A program made the position numbers and the translations under genes. Below, piece by piece: positions 1 through 9,308 of a stretch of DNA of 64,000 bases. Source of the stretch: an uncultured virus (IMG/VR IMGVR_UViG_3300048890_000135) (lineage: Duplodnaviria > Heunggongvirae > Uroviricota > Caudoviricetes); the IMG/VR virus record IMGVR_UViG_3300048890_000135; one strand, 5' to 3'. Numbering within the stretch: the first letter of the stretch is position 1; the number at the start of each line of letters is the position of its first letter. The notes under the pieces are model-generated. The model searched no databases, was not told where the DNA came from, and saw only the letters and a list, made by a program, of their open reading frames with translations.

Positions 1-52
1 AACGGTGGGGACGATACCGATCCGGACGAAGACGATTTCATGTGAGGATTGA

Positions 53-592
53 ATGCCGACTTGGACGCTTCCGCTGAATTGGGTCTACGTCATGTGGGTC
101 GGGATCGCCTTCGTGGCGGGCCTGGTCTGGTGTTCGTTCGCGGAGTGGATTCTTCACAAGTACATCATGCACAGGCCTTTCAAGCTGCTGCCCTACGGAT
201 ATGCTCACGTAACCAGCCACCACGACAAGTTCGGTGGCGATGACACCTACCACCTACAGGAGGAGTGGCAGAAGAATCACGTCCTGTTCACTTGGAGGGA
301 GTACCTCCTGGCTCCGACGATCTGCTCGATCCTCTACGTCAGCGTGGAGCTCCTGATCGGGAAGCCGATCTGGGCCGGCTGCGTGCTGGCGACGCTCACG
401 TACCTCCAGCTGTTCAACTCGCTTCACTGGCGCTGGCACGTTCCAGGGGATACGTGGTTCCAGAGGACGAGGTTTTTCCTGTGGCTGAAAGAGCGGCACC
501 GGGTCCATCACCTGGACATGGGCACGAACTTCAACCTGATCCTGCCGTTCGGGGATTTGCTCTTCGGGACATTCGTGACACGGAAGAAGTAG
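53..592 (+). CDS. Fatty acid hydroxylase / sterol desaturase family membrane protein
   Basis: Hydrophobic helices and His boxes HKYIMH, HVTSHH, HWRWH, HRVHH; ends NFNLILPFGDLLFGT. Confidence 0.8.
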   Translation: MPTWTLPLNWVYVMWVGIAFVAGLVWCSFAEWILHKYIMHRPFKLLPYGYAHVTSHHDKFGGDDTYHLQEEWQKNHVLFTWREYLLAPTICSILYVSVELLIGKPIWAGCVLATLTYLQLFNSLHWRWHVPGDTWFQRTRFFLWLKERHRVHHLDMGTNFNLILPFGDLLFGTFVTRKK

Positions 593-843
593 CGGATGGG
601 AGTGCGGGTGGTCGGGCGCTTGGCTCCCTTTCACGCCGGCTCTCCGGCGCGGAAAGGAGCCAGGCCACCGCTTCGAGGTTTTACCCTTTCAAAGGCGGCC
701 TGGCCCTGGAGAGAGGGGGAAACAGACCTGGAAGTCCGCTTGGGCTTCCAAGCCGGTTTCCCTCTTGTATGACTATCTCATGCGTGTAACAATACGAGAA
801 ATCGCTTGACAAAGTCAAGAGGGGGATCTGTGAGGTTCACATC

Positions 844-1416
844 ATGAGCGACGGGATCTACGTCGACCTGGAAACGACCGGCACCGACCCCGAGAAGCAC
901 GAGATCATCGAGGTCGGTGCGATCGTCGTTCGGGATCGCGCCGAGGTCGCCTGGTTCTCGTCCCTTGTGAATCCCGGCGAAGACGCCCTGGCCGCGGCGG
1001 ATCCTCGGGCGCTCGACGTCAACAAGATCGACCTCGCTTTGGTCCGAGCGGCGAAACCGACGGCTATTGTCGCGGAAGAGTTCAGATCTTTCGTGCTCGG
1101 TTACAAGGACATGCTGCTCTACGCCTTCCCGAGGTCGTTCGAGGAGTCCTTTCTGAGAAGGGCTCCTTGGCACCTGACCTCGTGGGGCGACTGCGTGATG
1201 GAGGCGATTCGGGAGGCCATGATCGCGGACAACGCGCTGGCCAACGGCCCCGATGGGAAGCCGAAGCGTCCGCGCCTGGGTGAGGCCGCCGCTTTCTACA
1301 GCGTGATCGGCTGCGGGCCGGCGCATCGGAGCTTGAGTGATGCGAGGAAGACCGCCCGGATCCACCAGGAGTACCTGGCGCGTCAGGCGGTCAAGATGGG
1401 TGGGAAAGCTTCATGA
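844..1416 (+). CDS. DEDDh (DnaQ-like) 3'-5' exonuclease
   Basis: YVDLETTG ExoI motif, IIEVGAI, HRSLSDA ExoIII motif. Confidence 0.8.
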   Translation: MSDGIYVDLETTGTDPEKHEIIEVGAIVVRDRAEVAWFSSLVNPGEDALAAADPRALDVNKIDLALVRAAKPTAIVAEEFRSFVLGYKDMLLYAFPRSFEESFLRRAPWHLTSWGDCVMEAIREAMIADNALANGPDGKPKRPRLGEAAAFYSVIGCGPAHRSLSDARKTARIHQEYLARQAVKMGGKAS

Positions 1417-1973
1417 GTGAAACGCCGAAGGCACAACAGGAAGTCCGGATCCCGGACAGGCCCAAGATCCCGGAAGTCCGCGAGGAGAAAACCCTTGTCG
1501 TCGGGAAGGTCGTTCCGATCCAGGTCGAAAATCCCGGGATGATCTCGCGCCGGGTTCCGATCGCAGTCTCCTGCGCCCAGTGCGGCGACAAGATGACGCG
1601 CGATCCGGCGACGGTTCCGTTCCAGACCGGGCCGTACAAAGGAGGGTTCCTCTGCAGCGACTGCTGGATCCTCTACTGGGACGAACACCCCGAGATCCTG
1701 GCGGACGTGGCCAGCCGCCAGTGGGTCCGGGCGAAGGCGCTCGCGATCCGCATGAAGCGGGTCGGCGCCGAGCTCCTGTTCGAGGAAGACGGGAACCGTG
1801 CCTATCTCACGGAACGCGGTACGGTCCTGATCGACCTGCAGCGCCTTCCTTTCGGGGGCCCCAACGAATACGACGCGTCGCGATTCCATGTGCTCCTGAG
1901 GATGGCCGAAGCGTTCGAGAAGAAGGGCATTTTCATGACCCCCGACCAGGGGCCGGAACCGAAGAAGCCCTGA
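1413..1973 (+). CDS. Hypothetical protein with Zn-finger-like Cys pairs
   Basis: CAQC and CSDC; ATGA overlap with upstream gene. Confidence 0.6.
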   Translation: MSETPKAQQEVRIPDRPKIPEVREEKTLVVGKVVPIQVENPGMISRRVPIAVSCAQCGDKMTRDPATVPFQTGPYKGGFLCSDCWILYWDEHPEILADVASRQWVRAKALAIRMKRVGAELLFEEDGNRAYLTERGTVLIDLQRLPFGGPNEYDASRFHVLLRMAEAFEKKGIFMTPDQGPEPKKP

Positions 1974-1983
1974 CGATTTAGGC

Positions 1984-2012
1984 TTGACACGCTCGTATAC
2001 GCCGTATACACT
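1984..2012 (+). promoter_or_regulatory. Sigma70-type promoter with GTATAC-N3-GTATAC operator (copy 1)
   Basis: TTGACA 1984-1989, 17 nt, TACACT 2007-2012; GTATAC at 1995 and 2004. Confidence 0.8.
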
Positions 2013-2035
2013 CCTGAGGTAAGTCAGGAGGGGTT

Positions 2036-2452
2036 ATGGCGACGAAAGCCGCGAAGGTCTTCAACGGGTTCTACACCATCAAGTCCGGGAAGACCGGAGA
2101 GCACCGGACCTTCAAGATCCATACCCAGGACGACAAGGCCGAGTTCGCCCCCGGGAAGCGCATCGTCTCGCTTCTGACGGGCTCAGAGAACGACAATCCA
2201 GACAGCTACACCGGCTTCGCCTTCATCGACGACGAGGGGATCCACGTCTGGGCGAAGAAGCGCGGCGAAGGCCTCTGGGAGACCTACGCCGACATGCTCT
2301 GGACGCTCTCTCTCGACAGCGCCAATTCCAAGTGGGCCGTGCGCGGCTATACGATCCTCGTGAGCGGGCACTGCATCCGCTGCAACCGGCTTCTCACCGA
2401 ACCCAACTCGATCCTGACCGGAATCGGTCCTATTTGTGCGGAGAAATCATGA
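2036..2452 (+). CDS. Hypothetical phage protein, DUF6011-like C-terminal Zn ribbon
   Basis: CIRCNRLLTEPNSILTGIGPICA; RBS AGGAGGGGTT. Confidence 0.65.
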   Translation: MATKAAKVFNGFYTIKSGKTGEHRTFKIHTQDDKAEFAPGKRIVSLLTGSENDNPDSYTGFAFIDDEGIHVWAKKRGEGLWETYADMLWTLSLDSANSKWAVRGYTILVSGHCIRCNRLLTEPNSILTGIGPICAEKS

Positions 2453-2631
2453 GAAAAGCTGCCACCGGAAGGAAGACGTTCCTGATCAAGACGTGGGGAA
2501 TTCATGCGATGCATCACGGCTGGACGCTGGCCGAGGTTCTCGCGAAGGGTACCAAGCTCAGAAGGCTGACCGCCGAGGAGATCGAGCGGTGGGCCAAGGA
2601 ACAGCGCGCCAAGGGGTGGCCGAAGGAATAG
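2449..2631 (+). CDS. Small basic hypothetical protein
   Basis: ATGA coupling to upstream gene. Confidence 0.5.
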   Translation: MRKAATGRKTFLIKTWGIHAMHHGWTLAEVLAKGTKLRRLTAEEIERWAKEQRAKGWPKE

Positions 2632-2640
2632 GGGGCGATC

Positions 2641-2838
2641 GTGTACGTCTACATCAACTCGGAGCCCGGGCTCTACACGGTCGGGTTCTACAAGCCTGAC
2701 GGCAAGTGGGAGCCGGAGTCCGATCACGGCTCCAAGAAGGAGGCCGCGGATCGCGTCCACTGGCTCAACGGAGGACGCCGGCAGAACCCATCGCTCGACG
2801 AGGCTCTCAACTCTGGGGACGGATCGTACAAGCCGTGA
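2641..2838 (+). CDS. Small hypothetical phage protein
   Basis: RBS AGGGGG, GTG start, coding-like codon use. Confidence 0.6.
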   Translation: MYVYINSEPGLYTVGFYKPDGKWEPESDHGSKKEAADRVHWLNGGRRQNPSLDEALNSGDGSYKP

Positions 2839-2852
2839 ATGGGAGGCGTTCG

Positions 2853-3260
2853 ATGATCCGCAAGCGCGGTCACTACATCGTCGAGTCGAACATGGGTCTC
2901 AACAGCTCGGCCCTTTGCCTGAAATGCTGGGATAGCTTCGACACACCGAGTCGCCACGGCCGAGCATCGACAGCTCCTATTTTTGATAGCCCATGTAAGG
3001 GAGACTGGAAGGAGGAGTCTGCCGTCGTCAAGAGGGGGTTCAGAGAAGCCGAGCAGAGACGCAAAAGACTTCTCAGGTTGATGTCCCTTGATCGGCGCCT
3101 CCAGAAGACCGCGACGAAGAAACGGAAATGGAAGAAGACCAGGTGTTCGACGTGCCGCTGCGTCGTAGGACCGTCGAAGTCATGCCCCTTCTGTTCCTTC
3201 CGCGTTTGCACGAAGCCTGCGTGCCTGGACCAGCACAGGAATTGCGGGAGCCGTTCATGA
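2853..3260 (+). CDS. Cys-rich basic hypothetical protein
   Basis: RBS GGGAGG; several CxxC pairs. Confidence 0.5.
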   Translation: MIRKRGHYIVESNMGLNSSALCLKCWDSFDTPSRHGRASTAPIFDSPCKGDWKEESAVVKRGFREAEQRRKRLLRLMSLDRRLQKTATKKRKWKKTRCSTCRCVVGPSKSCPFCSFRVCTKPACLDQHRNCGSRS

Positions 3261-3588
3261 AGAGTCGAAACGTCGTAGGCCAGATGGTCCAGCGGATTCC
3301 GGATCTCGGAAACCAACTCTGCTTCTCCTGAGTAGAGGGCTCTTTCGGGCAGGTCGCCCGAAGGGATGAAGCTCGTCTGGAGGAGCGGGGCGATCTGAGG
3401 CCCTGGTACTACGTCGCGCTCTGGTGCAGGTGCATGATCACTTCCCCAGACGAGACGAATCGCCACGGTGAGGTCAACTGGCGGGAAGACGAGATGGTGT
3501 TTCTGACGGACGAACAGGCGCTGGCGCTCATGGAGTCGCACGTTTGCCGGAAACCAGGAACCTGATCCACGAGATCGTAATTTTAGGC

Positions 3589-3617
3589 TTGACACGCACG
3601 TATACGGCGTATACACT
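3589..3617 (+). promoter_or_regulatory. Promoter with GTATAC-N3-GTATAC operator (copy 2)
   Basis: TTGACA 3589-3594, 17 nt, TACACT 3612-3617; GTATAC at 3600 and 3609. Confidence 0.8.
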
Positions 3618-3642
3618 CTGGGGTAGGTAATCAGGAGGGGTT

Positions 3643-4017
3643 ATGGCGAAGGCAGTTATCAAGACGGTCCAGCAGGAGGACCGGCTCACGTCCAACCTGA
3701 TCTTGGTCCAGAAGGGGACCTTCAACCGCTTCGGCATCGGCGGCGTCCCCAAGGGCCACGAAGGTCGCAAGGAGCACGGCGGCGAGATGGTTCCCGGGCC
3801 CTGGCACTTCATCTACGGCCTCGCCTCGGTCATCTCCGCCCATCCCGGCCAGAGCACGGGCGATGAGATGGCGCGCGCCAAGGCTGAGGACCGCGTCATC
3901 GAGGTGTCGGACGGCGACAAGCTCAACATCGACGGCCTGAAGTACACGGTCAAGAAGAGCTGGAACGGCGTCCTCGTCCTTGAGGCGGCCAAGAAAGTCG
4001 CCCGGAGGGTCAAGTGA
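3643..4017 (+). CDS. Hypothetical protein
   Basis: RBS AGGAGGGGTT downstream of promoter. Confidence 0.7.
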   Translation: MAKAVIKTVQQEDRLTSNLILVQKGTFNRFGIGGVPKGHEGRKEHGGEMVPGPWHFIYGLASVISAHPGQSTGDEMARAKAEDRVIEVSDGDKLNIDGLKYTVKKSWNGVLVLEAAKKVARRVK

Positions 4018-4220
4018 ACGCGAATAGGATGAAGGCGATGTTGAAGTACCTGCCCCGTCGGGCGGGCGGGATCCCCCTCAATCTGAGGAAGCTTGGCGAT
4101 GCCGAGCGCGAGGGGCTGGCGGTCTACGACGACGCGACCTTCATGTGGACGCTGACCCCGAAGGGGAAGGCGTTCCTGGCCGGGGACCTGAAGGCGCCCA
4201 AAGGAAGTCGGTTCGCGTAG
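4014..4220 (+). CDS. Small hypothetical protein (possible winged helix)
   Basis: GTGA coupling; WTLTPKGKAFL end resembles a wHTH wing. Confidence 0.5.
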   Translation: MNANRMKAMLKYLPRRAGGIPLNLRKLGDAEREGLAVYDDATFMWTLTPKGKAFLAGDLKAPKGSRFA

Positions 4221-4228
4221 GAGCGATC

Positions 4229-4621
4229 ATGATGAACTGGGAACTGATCCTGATGTCCGATCTGGTCAAGGTCGGTGTCACCGAAGAAGAGGGGCAGGAC
4301 ATCATCCGCGAGCTCTGGTATGTCGCCGCCGTCAATCCCGCCGGACGTCGGTTCGCCTACGGCGCCCTGGAACTCCAGCGTGAGGCCGAGGAGCGTCTGG
4401 CCCTGCTGCTGGCGGACGGAGGCGTCGACCCGATCCGGAGCGACAACTGGAACGAGATGTACCCGGTCTACGGATCCGCCGAGTACCAGCTCCAGGAGCC
4501 CGAGCTCGTGGCGGCTGAGAAGAAGGAGACGCTTGAAAGAGAGGCGGAGGAACGGCAGCGGCTGGCGGCTCTGGGGCTCCGATCCGATGGCAGTCCGATC
4601 CGGAGACAGGAAGGAATTTAG
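4229..4621 (+). CDS. Hypothetical protein
   Basis: RBS AGGAG; fills operon. Confidence 0.6.
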   Translation: MMNWELILMSDLVKVGVTEEEGQDIIRELWYVAAVNPAGRRFAYGALELQREAEERLALLLADGGVDPIRSDNWNEMYPVYGSAEYQLQEPELVAAEKKETLEREAEERQRLAALGLRSDGSPIRRQEGI

Positions 4622-4629
4622 GAGGGGTT

Positions 4630-4860
4630 ATGCCGAAGGAAGTTGTCTGTCACGAGTTTCCGGCGGTCGGGAAGTACCGCGTCCGTCTGGTGAAGGAGGA
4701 TCTCAAGGCCCCGGTCGCGCTCGACGTGCGCGAATACATCAAGGGCCGGGAGTTCCAGGGCTTCACTCGGCGCGGCATCAAGCTCTCCACCACAAGGGAG
4801 GTGATGGAACTCCGGGATCACCTGAACGTCGTTCTGTCGATGCTCGAGGTGAAGTCATGA
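4630..4860 (+). CDS. PC4/YdbC-like ssDNA-binding protein
   Basis: ALDVREY...GFTRRGIKLS matches the PC4-family pattern. Confidence 0.6.
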   Translation: MPKEVVCHEFPAVGKYRVRLVKEDLKAPVALDVREYIKGREFQGFTRRGIKLSTTREVMELRDHLNVVLSMLEVKS

Positions 4861-5603
4861 ACCAGAAGCTTCAGTGGCGTGCCGAGTTCTGGAAGCCGGG
4901 TCCCGGCACGTCCGAGACCATCGTCGGCCATGTCGATGGCGACGCGAAGGCGGTCGCCGTCGCCGAGGCGCCGAAAGGCGCGTACTTGCGTCTGAAGCTC
5001 CTCACGCCGCCCGACATCCGCCTGGGCGATCACGTCCGCTACGACAACGGCGACGATGAGCCCTTCGTCGGCATCGTGACCCGCGTCGGCCAGCCCTATC
5101 CATCCGGGGCGTTCAACGTCGACATCTTCGCGGGAGCGACCAAGACGGTCTTCTGCGAGAACTGCATCCTCGTCTTCCGCCCGCGCCACAAGGCTTGGAA
5201 AGAGGAGGAGTTCCTCGCGCTCTTTCCGCCGAAGTCGGACGAGACGCCTGAGGTCAAGTTCGTAGGCCGGGAACCTCTTCGGACCGTCCGGGTCCTTCGT
5301 GGAAAGGACGGTCTTTGGACCGTGACCTTCTGGGATGGCGAGACCAAGATCGACGCCAAGGTCTACAACGAGCAGAAGTATGGCTACCTGCGCGAGCTTC
5401 TGCGGGCCGCAAACGCCTGGATCTTCGGTGCGCCCGTCCAGATCGGCGACTGCTGGTGCGAGACGATCAACCAGGGGCCGCGCGACGTCGAGGTCGTGGC
5501 GGTGAAGCGGCTGCGCTACCGGATCGAATACGAGATGCCCAATGCCGGGATGATGGGCTCCTGGCAGACCGGCATTGTGATCGGAGGAAAGCTTTACGCC
5601 TGA
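4857..5603 (+). CDS. Hypothetical protein
   Basis: ATGA coupling; start placed at MNQKLQW. Confidence 0.6.
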   Translation: MNQKLQWRAEFWKPGPGTSETIVGHVDGDAKAVAVAEAPKGAYLRLKLLTPPDIRLGDHVRYDNGDDEPFVGIVTRVGQPYPSGAFNVDIFAGATKTVFCENCILVFRPRHKAWKEEEFLALFPPKSDETPEVKFVGREPLRTVRVLRGKDGLWTVTFWDGETKIDAKVYNEQKYGYLRELLRAANAWIFGAPVQIGDCWCETINQGPRDVEVVAVKRLRYRIEYEMPNAGMMGSWQTGIVIGGKLYA

Positions 5604-5698
5604 TAACCCCTCCTCGGCCTCCCGGTCTCTGCTCTGTTCCCGGGAGGCCCCTTACGGGCGGCCGTGCGTCGGCCGTCCATGAGGTCTCTGGAGGAAAG
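5603..5698 (+). ncRNA. Unassigned two-hairpin RNA element (copy 1)
   Basis: TAACCCCTCCT, hairpin 5616-5649 (loop with CTCTGCTC), hairpin 5650-5684 (loop TGCGT); same layout at 18209. Confidence 0.55.
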
Positions 5699-5944
5699 AT
5701 GAAGTTTCTGCGCTGGCTTAAGTGGCAGTTCTTCAGGCTCCTGGGCTACGGCAACTGCTGGGAGTGTAAAGAGTTCGCTCCGCTGTCCTGGCTCCACGTC
5801 AAGTTCACGGACAAGACGAACCAGGCCCAGGTCGAGATGTCCGGCCACTTCTGCTCGCCGTGCTGGCACAAGCGCATGGAGCCGTGGAAGAAGAAGATGG
5901 ACGAGTTCACCGAAGAGTTCAACAGGACTTTCAAGGGGTTCTGA
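5699..5944 (+). CDS. Small Zn-finger-like hypothetical protein
   Basis: RBS GGAGG; CWEC and CSPC. Confidence 0.6.
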   Translation: MKFLRWLKWQFFRLLGYGNCWECKEFAPLSWLHVKFTDKTNQAQVEMSGHFCSPCWHKRMEPWKKKMDEFTEEFNRTFKGF

Positions 5945-6112
5945 AATGCCTGGAAAAACCGGAAAGCGCGCCAAGCCGCCGACGCCCTGCGTCGACTGTG
6001 GAGCCGACCTTCGCGGCAAGGTGTTCTACCGAGACGGAAAGAAGGACCGTTGCCAGGAGTGCGGCGAGAAGCGGATCAAGGAGAAGTTCGGGAAGCTCTA
6101 GCTGGAGGGGTT

Positions 6113-6469
6113 ATGGACAAGCGTGTCGTTGAGTTGTCGAAGGCGGCGATGACCGCCGCGGTGAACCATCTGGAGACCTGCGAGAAGGGGATGATCGTTC
6201 ACCCCTTCAAGAGCAGGTCCCTTCCGATGCTCCAGGCGGCGATCGGGGAGATCGAGAAGGCCCCGGCGCTTGGCCGCGAGGTTGCCAAGAAGCTCGTCAC
6301 GTTCATTACCCAGAGCATGGAACGGGAGAGCGCCCTTCTTCAGCCCAACCCCCAGGTCTTCATGAACGATCCCTACGGGCTGCTCGATCTGATCCGGGAC
6401 GAGGCCAAACTCAAGCCCGAAGAGATCGACGCCTGGATGGTCGAGGCACAGCCGGGGAAGAAGCTGTGA
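6113..6469 (+). CDS. Hypothetical protein
   Basis: RBS GGAGGGGTT. Confidence 0.65.
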   Translation: MDKRVVELSKAAMTAAVNHLETCEKGMIVHPFKSRSLPMLQAAIGEIEKAPALGREVAKKLVTFITQSMERESALLQPNPQVFMNDPYGLLDLIRDEAKLKPEEIDAWMVEAQPGKKL

Positions 6470-6813
6470 GCCACGCTACCGGCGCAGTCCGATTCCCCGA
6501 CGGTAAGGTGATGTTCTATCTGTACAACGCGACATCCGAAGTCGCCATCTCCCATCTTTACGACACCATGCAGGCCGTTGTGGACAGCTGGGGGAAGGGT
6601 CCTTGGCTCAACTGCACCTGTCCCACGGAGATGGAGCCGGTGGAGATCTACTCGAGCTACGGCCTCGGCTTCACCTATCCCGGAAAGGCGTGCCGGACCT
6701 GCAGGGCCCTTTACGGTCCCCGGTACACGCCCGAGATGGTCGATGCGACGTCCAACGGAGAGCCCCAGTGGCATAAGGATATTCCTCCAGAGCTTATGAA
6801 GACTGATTTTTAG
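6466..6813 (+). CDS. Hypothetical protein
   Basis: GTGA coupling; CTC and CRTC. Confidence 0.6.
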   Translation: MSHATGAVRFPDGKVMFYLYNATSEVAISHLYDTMQAVVDSWGKGPWLNCTCPTEMEPVEIYSSYGLGFTYPGKACRTCRALYGPRYTPEMVDATSNGEPQWHKDIPPELMKTDF

Positions 6814-6824
6814 AGAGGCCGAAG

Positions 6825-7046
6825 ATGGACATGGTCGAAAAATCAGAACTGCATGAAGTCACGAAGGTCGGAATCTTCGACATCCAGGTTTGCTCGCTTG
6901 CGAGCGAGGACGACGCCCTGGCGTGGGTCCGTCATGCGTGCCCGTCTGGGACGACGCGAAACTGGCAGAAGTCGGATAGGCCCGAGTATCAGCCCGTCGC
7001 CTGCGCCAACGGCGGCGGCCGGACGCACTACGTATTCGAGGCTTAA
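6825..7046 (+). CDS. Small hypothetical protein
   Basis: RBS GAGG; fills operon. Confidence 0.55.
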   Translation: MDMVEKSELHEVTKVGIFDIQVCSLASEDDALAWVRHACPSGTTRNWQKSDRPEYQPVACANGGGRTHYVFEA

Positions 7047-7047
7047 A

Positions 7048-7392
7048 ATGACGAAGTGCGGACTTTGCGGCCACAAGAACGATCACGACTTCCCGGACGG
7101 CTGCACGGGACGCGTCTGGCCGAAGACCGGCGGCGCGGTCCGCTGCGGCTGCAAGACGTTCACGAAGATGCCTCTTCGGAAAGTCCTGGGGATTGTCGGC
7201 GTGCCGATCGAGGATCGTCCCGGCGCGGCGGTGATCCCTAAGGAGCTCTACGAGTGCGGTCATGTCTTCACCCAGAAGGAAGACATCTACGGTCCGACGA
7301 ACGCGTTCCGGCGCCGCTGTGGAGCTTGCGCCAAGGGGATGCCACCGGATCCGAAGTTCCTGGAGCGGGCCAAGAACTGGCCCAAGAACTGA
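7048..7392 (+). CDS. Cys-rich hypothetical protein
   Basis: Starts 1 nt after upstream stop; several Cys/His pairs. Confidence 0.55.
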   Translation: MTKCGLCGHKNDHDFPDGCTGRVWPKTGGAVRCGCKTFTKMPLRKVLGIVGVPIEDRPGAAVIPKELYECGHVFTQKEDIYGPTNAFRRRCGACAKGMPPDPKFLERAKNWPKN

Positions 7393-7401
7393 GAGGAGAA
7401 G

Positions 7402-7605
7402 ATGTTCTACTGTGACGCCTGCGCCAAGAAGAAGAAGTGGCCGATCGGCCTCGTCCGGTCCCAAGGGCCTTGCGAGGTCTGCGGCAAGACCGACAACTGC
7501 AGCGATGTCCAGTCGTCCCAGCTGCCGCCAGCGTCGGTCTCCGTGAACCGAGAGCCGCCGCCCTATTTCGAGAACCCGGATTTCGAGAGATTCCACAAGG
7601 ACTAG
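7402..7605 (+). CDS. Small Zn-finger-like protein
   Basis: RBS AGGAG; CDAC and CEVC. Confidence 0.55.
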   Translation: MFYCDACAKKKKWPIGLVRSQGPCEVCGKTDNCSDVQSSQLPPASVSVNREPPPYFENPDFERFHKD

Positions 7606-7756
7606 CCGTGATCTGCTTCCGATGCAAGCGGCGGGTCGATCCGATCCTGACCTACGCCAGGCCGCACGGGAAGTATTCGAAGTGCGAGGATTGCCGGCGG
7701 ATCGCCGCGAAGAAAAGACACGAGAAGAGGAAAAACGCTTTGGAGGCGCTTGGACT

Positions 7757-7921
7757 ATGGATCGTCTCACGAAACTGCTCTTCGCGGCAATTGGCTTTGC
7801 AGTCGTCCAAACCGTGACGACCGTGGCGTTTTTCCAGAATGCCGTTGGCACCAGCTCCGCGATCTTCTGCTGGCTTGTGGTGGTCGTTGTGGCCCTGCGT
7901 CGGCGTGCCACGAAAGCTTGA
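7757..7921 (+). CDS. Small two-TM membrane protein
   Basis: RBS GGAGG; two hydrophobic stretches and basic tail. Confidence 0.5.
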   Translation: MDRLTKLLFAAIGFAVVQTVTTVAFFQNAVGTSSAIFCWLVVVVVALRRRATKA

Positions 7922-7945
7922 CAGCCTGCGTATACGCGGTATACT
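7918..7945 (+). promoter_or_regulatory. Promoter with GTATAC-N3-GTATAC operator (copy 3)
   Basis: TTGACA 7918-7923, TATACT 7940-7945; GTATAC at 7930 and 7939; ATG 7 nt downstream. Confidence 0.75.
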
Positions 7946-7952
7946 CACTGCC

Positions 7953-8222
7953 ATGGAATACAGAATCTGCCGTCTCTGCGAAACGAGCGACGACACTGGA
8001 CACTTGATCCAGTACGCGGTCCGTTCCTACGCGCACTGGAAGTGCCTCCTCGATAGAAAGTCCCTTGAGGACGGCCTCTCCTGGATCCGAGGTCTCTATT
8101 CCCATCAGATCCGGAAGGCCCCAGTGCTGATTGTCCAGGAATGGCTCGACAAGCGTGGCTGGGAGGGTGAACGGGCGATGGACCTTCTGCTCAAGGCCAT
8201 CAAGGACGTGGAAGCCAGATGA
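7953..8222 (+). CDS. Hypothetical protein (probably leaderless)
   Basis: ATG directly after -10 element; CRLC and HWKC. Confidence 0.6.
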   Translation: MEYRICRLCETSDDTGHLIQYAVRSYAHWKCLLDRKSLEDGLSWIRGLYSHQIRKAPVLIVQEWLDKRGWEGERAMDLLLKAIKDVEAR

Positions 8223-8650
8223 GAATTCTCGCCTACCACGCAACGACGACCGACCGAGCGGCCAGGATCCTGGTCGAAGGCTTCCGGCTGGATGTCGAGC
8301 ACAAGAGCGATTCGGGAGACTTCGGCGAGGCCGTCTACTTCACGACCTGCATGGCCAGGGCCAAGGCGATCGGGCGCGCCATCCTTGAGGTGGAGCTTGA
8401 GCTCAAGAACCCGATCGAGCTACCTCAGTCCGAGGCCTATGCGCTCGTGATCGACAAGCTCGGCTTCGACACGATCCACGGTCACGGGGTCGCCGGCGCC
8501 AGCCTTCAGGAGGCGAAGAAGGCTCGGGCATACTTTCTGGCGCAGGGCCATGACGCCATGGTCTCCAGGCGGGGACGCCGCGATCTCGAGATTGCGGTAT
8601 ACGATCTGTCGGCGATCCGGCAGACCGTGATCCGGAGGGCGGCTGTATGA
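8219..8650 (+). CDS. ADP-ribosyltransferase-like protein (H-Y-E type)
   Basis: AYHATT, FGEAVYFTT and LEIAVYD match the H, Y and E motifs of PARP-like ARTs. Confidence 0.55.
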   Translation: MRILAYHATTTDRAARILVEGFRLDVEHKSDSGDFGEAVYFTTCMARAKAIGRAILEVELELKNPIELPQSEAYALVIDKLGFDTIHGHGVAGASLQEAKKARAYFLAQGHDAMVSRRGRRDLEIAVYDLSAIRQTVIRRAAV

Positions 8651-9030
8651 GCTACGTATACGACGTCCAGCGCCGGGTCTGGACCGAGCACATTCGCCCC
8701 CTGGTCGTCGCGAGGCATGGGGAGATATTCACTTTCGTTTTTGAAGCGCTCATGGAGGAGATGCACTCGGCAAACCACAATGTCCCCTCCAAGGACGGCG
8801 TCTTCAAGGGTGACGGGATCAACAAGGATCCGGGCGTCCACCGTGCCGCGCGCGAGCTCGAGGAGTTCGTCAAGAACGAGATGGCTTCGCGGACGCCAGG
8901 TAAAGAGGAGTTCATAAAGTCGGCGCTGAAGATGATCCTGTTGCGTTGTCAACTGGATCCAAAACCGATGGATCTCAGCCAGGTGAAGCTGGAGATCGAA
9001 GAGGCGGTGAAGGGTCTGGGCCTGAAGTGA
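8647..9030 (+). CDS. Hypothetical protein
   Basis: ATGA coupling. Confidence 0.6.
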   Translation: MSYVYDVQRRVWTEHIRPLVVARHGEIFTFVFEALMEEMHSANHNVPSKDGVFKGDGINKDPGVHRAARELEEFVKNEMASRTPGKEEFIKSALKMILLRCQLDPKPMDLSQVKLEIEEAVKGLGLK

Positions 9031-9095
9031 TGCACGGCATTCGGTTCCCCTGGGAGGAGATTGCCCGCTGCTCGAGATGCCTGAGGCCGACCTGA

Positions 9096-9299
9096 GTGAT
9101 CAATAGCATACTCTTCGGCGGCGCCGGAGGATACGACGCGCTCAAGCGGAAACTGGATTCACTGGAGATGGACCTTGGGGAAACGTGCTCCGGCGGCTGC
9201 GATCACTGGGAGAAGACCAGGGAAGGTCGCCAGAGATTCTCAGAACTTAAGCGCATCAACCAGGAGCGAAAGCGCGCCGGCTTGAGCCATATCGCGTGA
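9096..9299 (+). CDS. Small hypothetical protein
   Basis: Fills gap before ATPase gene. Confidence 0.45.
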   Translation: MINSILFGGAGGYDALKRKLDSLEMDLGETCSGGCDHWEKTREGRQRFSELKRINQERKRAGLSHIA

Positions 9300-9308
9300 C
9301 GTGAAGCC

